Positions 59,243 through 62,000 of a stretch of 62,000 nt of DNA are shown here, piece by piece. Under the pieces are notes generated by a model. That model had not been told where the DNA came from. It saw only the letters and a list, made by a program, of their open reading frames with translations, and made no database searches. This DNA is from Wallemia ichthyophaga EXF-994 (taxonomy: Eukaryota; Fungi; Basidiomycota), in the NCBI RefSeq assembly GCF_000400465.1, contig NW_008806283.1, positions 206,001 through 268,000 of the forward strand, in the 5' to 3' direction. The translations under genes were made by a program, and so were the position numbers. Positions within the stretch are counted from its first letter, which is position 1. Each line of letters opens with the position of its first letter.

Positions 59243-60932
59243 ATGTCCCCAAGCCATATTCTGTTTGAGAGCAGTGCTGGTTATTTATTATTGAAATGCA
59301 ACGCAATTGACCAAGTTGCCAATAAGTCCAAGCAAGTCCAAGATCAAATCAACGACTACCATCACTTCTCAAAGATGGTCAACATTATCTCCATTTACCC
59401 TTTCACTGACGCTGCCGAGGCTTTAAACAACGCAAACGCCATCTCTGAAGGTGTGAATATTTTCATTCACTCCACGCCTCTAACTCTTTCTAGGTGAACT
59501 CACCGACCAGCTCAACTCATTCCTTCAACAAAACTTACAAGGCGGCAGCAAGTCTGGTGTTGTCTTGGCCGTCTCCGATAAAGCCTTAGCCACCTCCATC
59601 AAATCCCAATTGAAAATTGAAGGTGACGTCTCTGACTTGGCTTTGGAACTCATTAGAGGTGTGCGTATCCACGCTGAGAAGCTCATCGATGGTCTCTCTC
59701 AAGGCGACCTCCTCAGAGCTCAACTTGGTCTCGGTCACTCTTACTCGCGTGCAAAGGTCAAGTTTAACGTTAACAGATCTGATAACATGATTATTCAAGC
59801 CATTGCACTCGTCGATCAACTCGATAAAGATGTTAACACTTTCTCCATGAGAGCAAGAGAGTGGTATGGTTGGCACTTCCCCGAATTGGTTAAGATTGTC
59901 CCAGACAACCACCAATACGCTCTCTGTGCTAGGTTGATCGGTGATAAATCTACTCTCACCGAGGATCTCATTCCTCAACTTATGGAAATCATCGACGACG
60001 ATGAAACTCGCGCTAGAAACGTAATCGACGCTGCTAGATCTTCAATGGGTACTGATATTTCCCCAATCGATCTCATCAACATTAAAAACTTTGCTGATAG
60101 AGTCGTTGGTCTTTCTCAATATAGGAAGAACCTCCACGCTTACCTTCTCGAAAAAATGCACCTCGTAGCTCCAAACTTATCTGCACTCATAGGTGAATTC
60201 GTTGGTGCAAGACTCATCTCACACGCTGGTTCCCTTACAAACCTCTCCAAGTACCCTGCATCAACTGTCCAAATTCTCGGTGCAGAGAAAGCACTCTTTA
60301 GAGCACTTAAAACTAAAGGTAACACTCCAAAGTATGGTCTCCTTTACCACGCTTCTGCTATCGGTAGAGCTGCTCCAAAGAATAAGGGTAGAATTTCTAG
60401 ATTCCTCGCTAACAAAGTTACAATCGCTTCAAGAATTGATTGCTTCAGTGATGCTCCAACTACTAAATTCGGTGAAGCTCTCAAAAATCAAGTTGAAGAA
60501 AGATTACAATTCTACGAATCCGGTCAAGCTCCTTCAAAGAACACGGATGTCATGAAGAAAGCTCTCGATGCTATTGCTGCCGATATGGATCTCGAAGATG
60601 AAGAAGATAGCGATGATGAAAAGATGGATGAAGATGCCAAACCAAAGCAGTCAGAGGAAGATAAAAAGGCTGCTGAGAAAGCCGCAAAGAAAGCCGCCAA
60701 AGCTGCTAAAAAGGAAAACAAGGAGGACAACCTAGACCAAGACGATGCAGACGAAAAGAAGAAGGAAAAGAAAGATAAGAAGAAGAGAAAGTCTGAAGTT
60801 GCAGAAGAATCGACTGAAGCTCAAGAATCTCCAAAGAAAGAAAAGAAGGATAAAAAGCGCAAGAGTGAAGGTGGTGAAACCAAAGAGGAGAAAAAGGCAC
60901 GTAAGCGAGCCAGCAAAGGTGGAGCTGAGTAA
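59243..60932 (+). CDS. NOP56: Box C/D snoRNP protein Nop56, 2 exons
   Basis: [65 protein letters not shown] tail. Confidence 0.95.
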
Positions 60933-61149
60933 ATTATCCTAGACTTTGTTTAACCTGTATTTTTATTCATTTCCATATTCACCTGACTTTTCAATCTTTT
61001 GTCATTTATCCAATGCTAATTCATTTATAGAAAATTGTACAAGAGAAGAGATGGCTAGAATAATAATTCTTCATGATAGGGGGAGTAGATATATATTAGA
61101 TTGTATATGCTGTAACCGTTAAAACGCGTCATCGTTAATAATAATATAT

Positions 61150-62000
61150 TTATTCAGCTGCGACAGCCGCAACTTTACCGAATGACTTTTCAACGCTATC
61201 AAAGATTGTTGCAAACTCTGGCGCCAAAGTAGAGAATTTCGCTTGATATGTCTTGAATTGCTGATTGGTGAATATGTTGAAGAATGTCAACAATAATCCC
61301 CATGGATGTGGCTTGGTAACAAGTAAGCGCTCAAGCAACACTCTTGTCAGTATTTCCACTACATTCTCGTTTACCCCGGCTGATTCTTCCAATATCTGCA
61401 AGCAAAGTTTATTGAACCAATACGTGTGAGACGATGGGTAGCGTAACTGGTTTGCAATACCACTGAGTATCAAGTAGCGAGCTATTTAACTTTGTTAGAT
61501 TTAAAATGGAGAAAAAAAACCTTCCGCTCACCCTCTGGATCAAGCTTGTTTACCAAAGTTTCGATCAATTTTACATTCGCACTACCGCCATCAAACTTGA
61601 CACTACCAATGTCCGCTTGTGAGCGAGTGATTGCATCGACACCAATAAATAGAACGAGTGAATTGATCACCGGGATCTTGTACTTCCACTCATCGCTCTC
61701 ATTCTCATTGCCAACCGACTCCAAAGTAATCTTCTGAATAATCTCACCAATAATAACTTCCTCATCTCCTCCATCAATATGCTTGTCCACCAAATTCTTT
61801 AAACCATTGTTGATAATGACTGACATGTAGTCTGAGGAGATGGTTGGATTGTTTTGACTTTCTGACATCACCTCAATGTCAATTGTTGGCAAGAATGGGT
61901 CTGGCAATGTGCTTGTGGCTGCATTTCTTGGATATGCACTAAGAATCAAATTGCGAAGCTGAGTGCAAGATGATGGTATAACATCAATCAAGCCGCCGTA
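61150..62000 (-). CDS. CDC39: CCR4-NOT scaffold Not1, C-terminal part (gene extends beyond the window)
   Basis: QLRNLILSAYP, YKIPVINSLVLFIG, ANQLRYPSSHTYWF, LLERLLVTKPHPWGLLLTF. Confidence 0.9.

Overview
Eukaryotic (fungal) genomic DNA with very dense gene packing and short GT-AG introns (mostly 42-58 nt). Protein families and the compactness point to a basidiomycete, most plausibly Wallemia-like; this is inference, not a database result. I reconstructed about 34 spliced genes: SRP68 (3' part), YAP1-type bZIP, HEM2, STYX-like phosphatase, ZNG1/CobW GTPase, MSH1, RanBP9-like, inositol transporter, BEM1, CAB2, an unknown single-pass membrane protein, GST, eIF5, RRP17, F-box/kelch, HID1, TMA7, AA9 LPMO, SF3B2/CUS1, RPL23, striatin, RPS7, KAR2/BiP, HOOK, PCH2, a frameshifted GH16, CDC55, IMA1, an unknown repeat protein, 1-Cys PRX, COQ10, a CoA-acyltransferase, a bZIP-DUF3425 factor, MCM2, NOP56 and NOT1 (3' part). 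I found no rRNA, tRNA, CRISPR array or intact transposon. The most unusual signals are: (i) an unrecognised ~70-aa domain duplicated as an exon module under purifying selection (50.6-51.1 kb); (ii) three head-to-head gene pairs whose start codons are only 23, 34 and 49 bp apart, plus tandem gaps of 44-59 bp; (iii) two decayed copies of an unknown spliced gene 19 kb apart; (iv) a hairpin overlapping the branch site of an over-long RPS7 intron; (v) apparent decay of secreted-protein genes. Exon boundaries were read by eye and may be off by a few bases.
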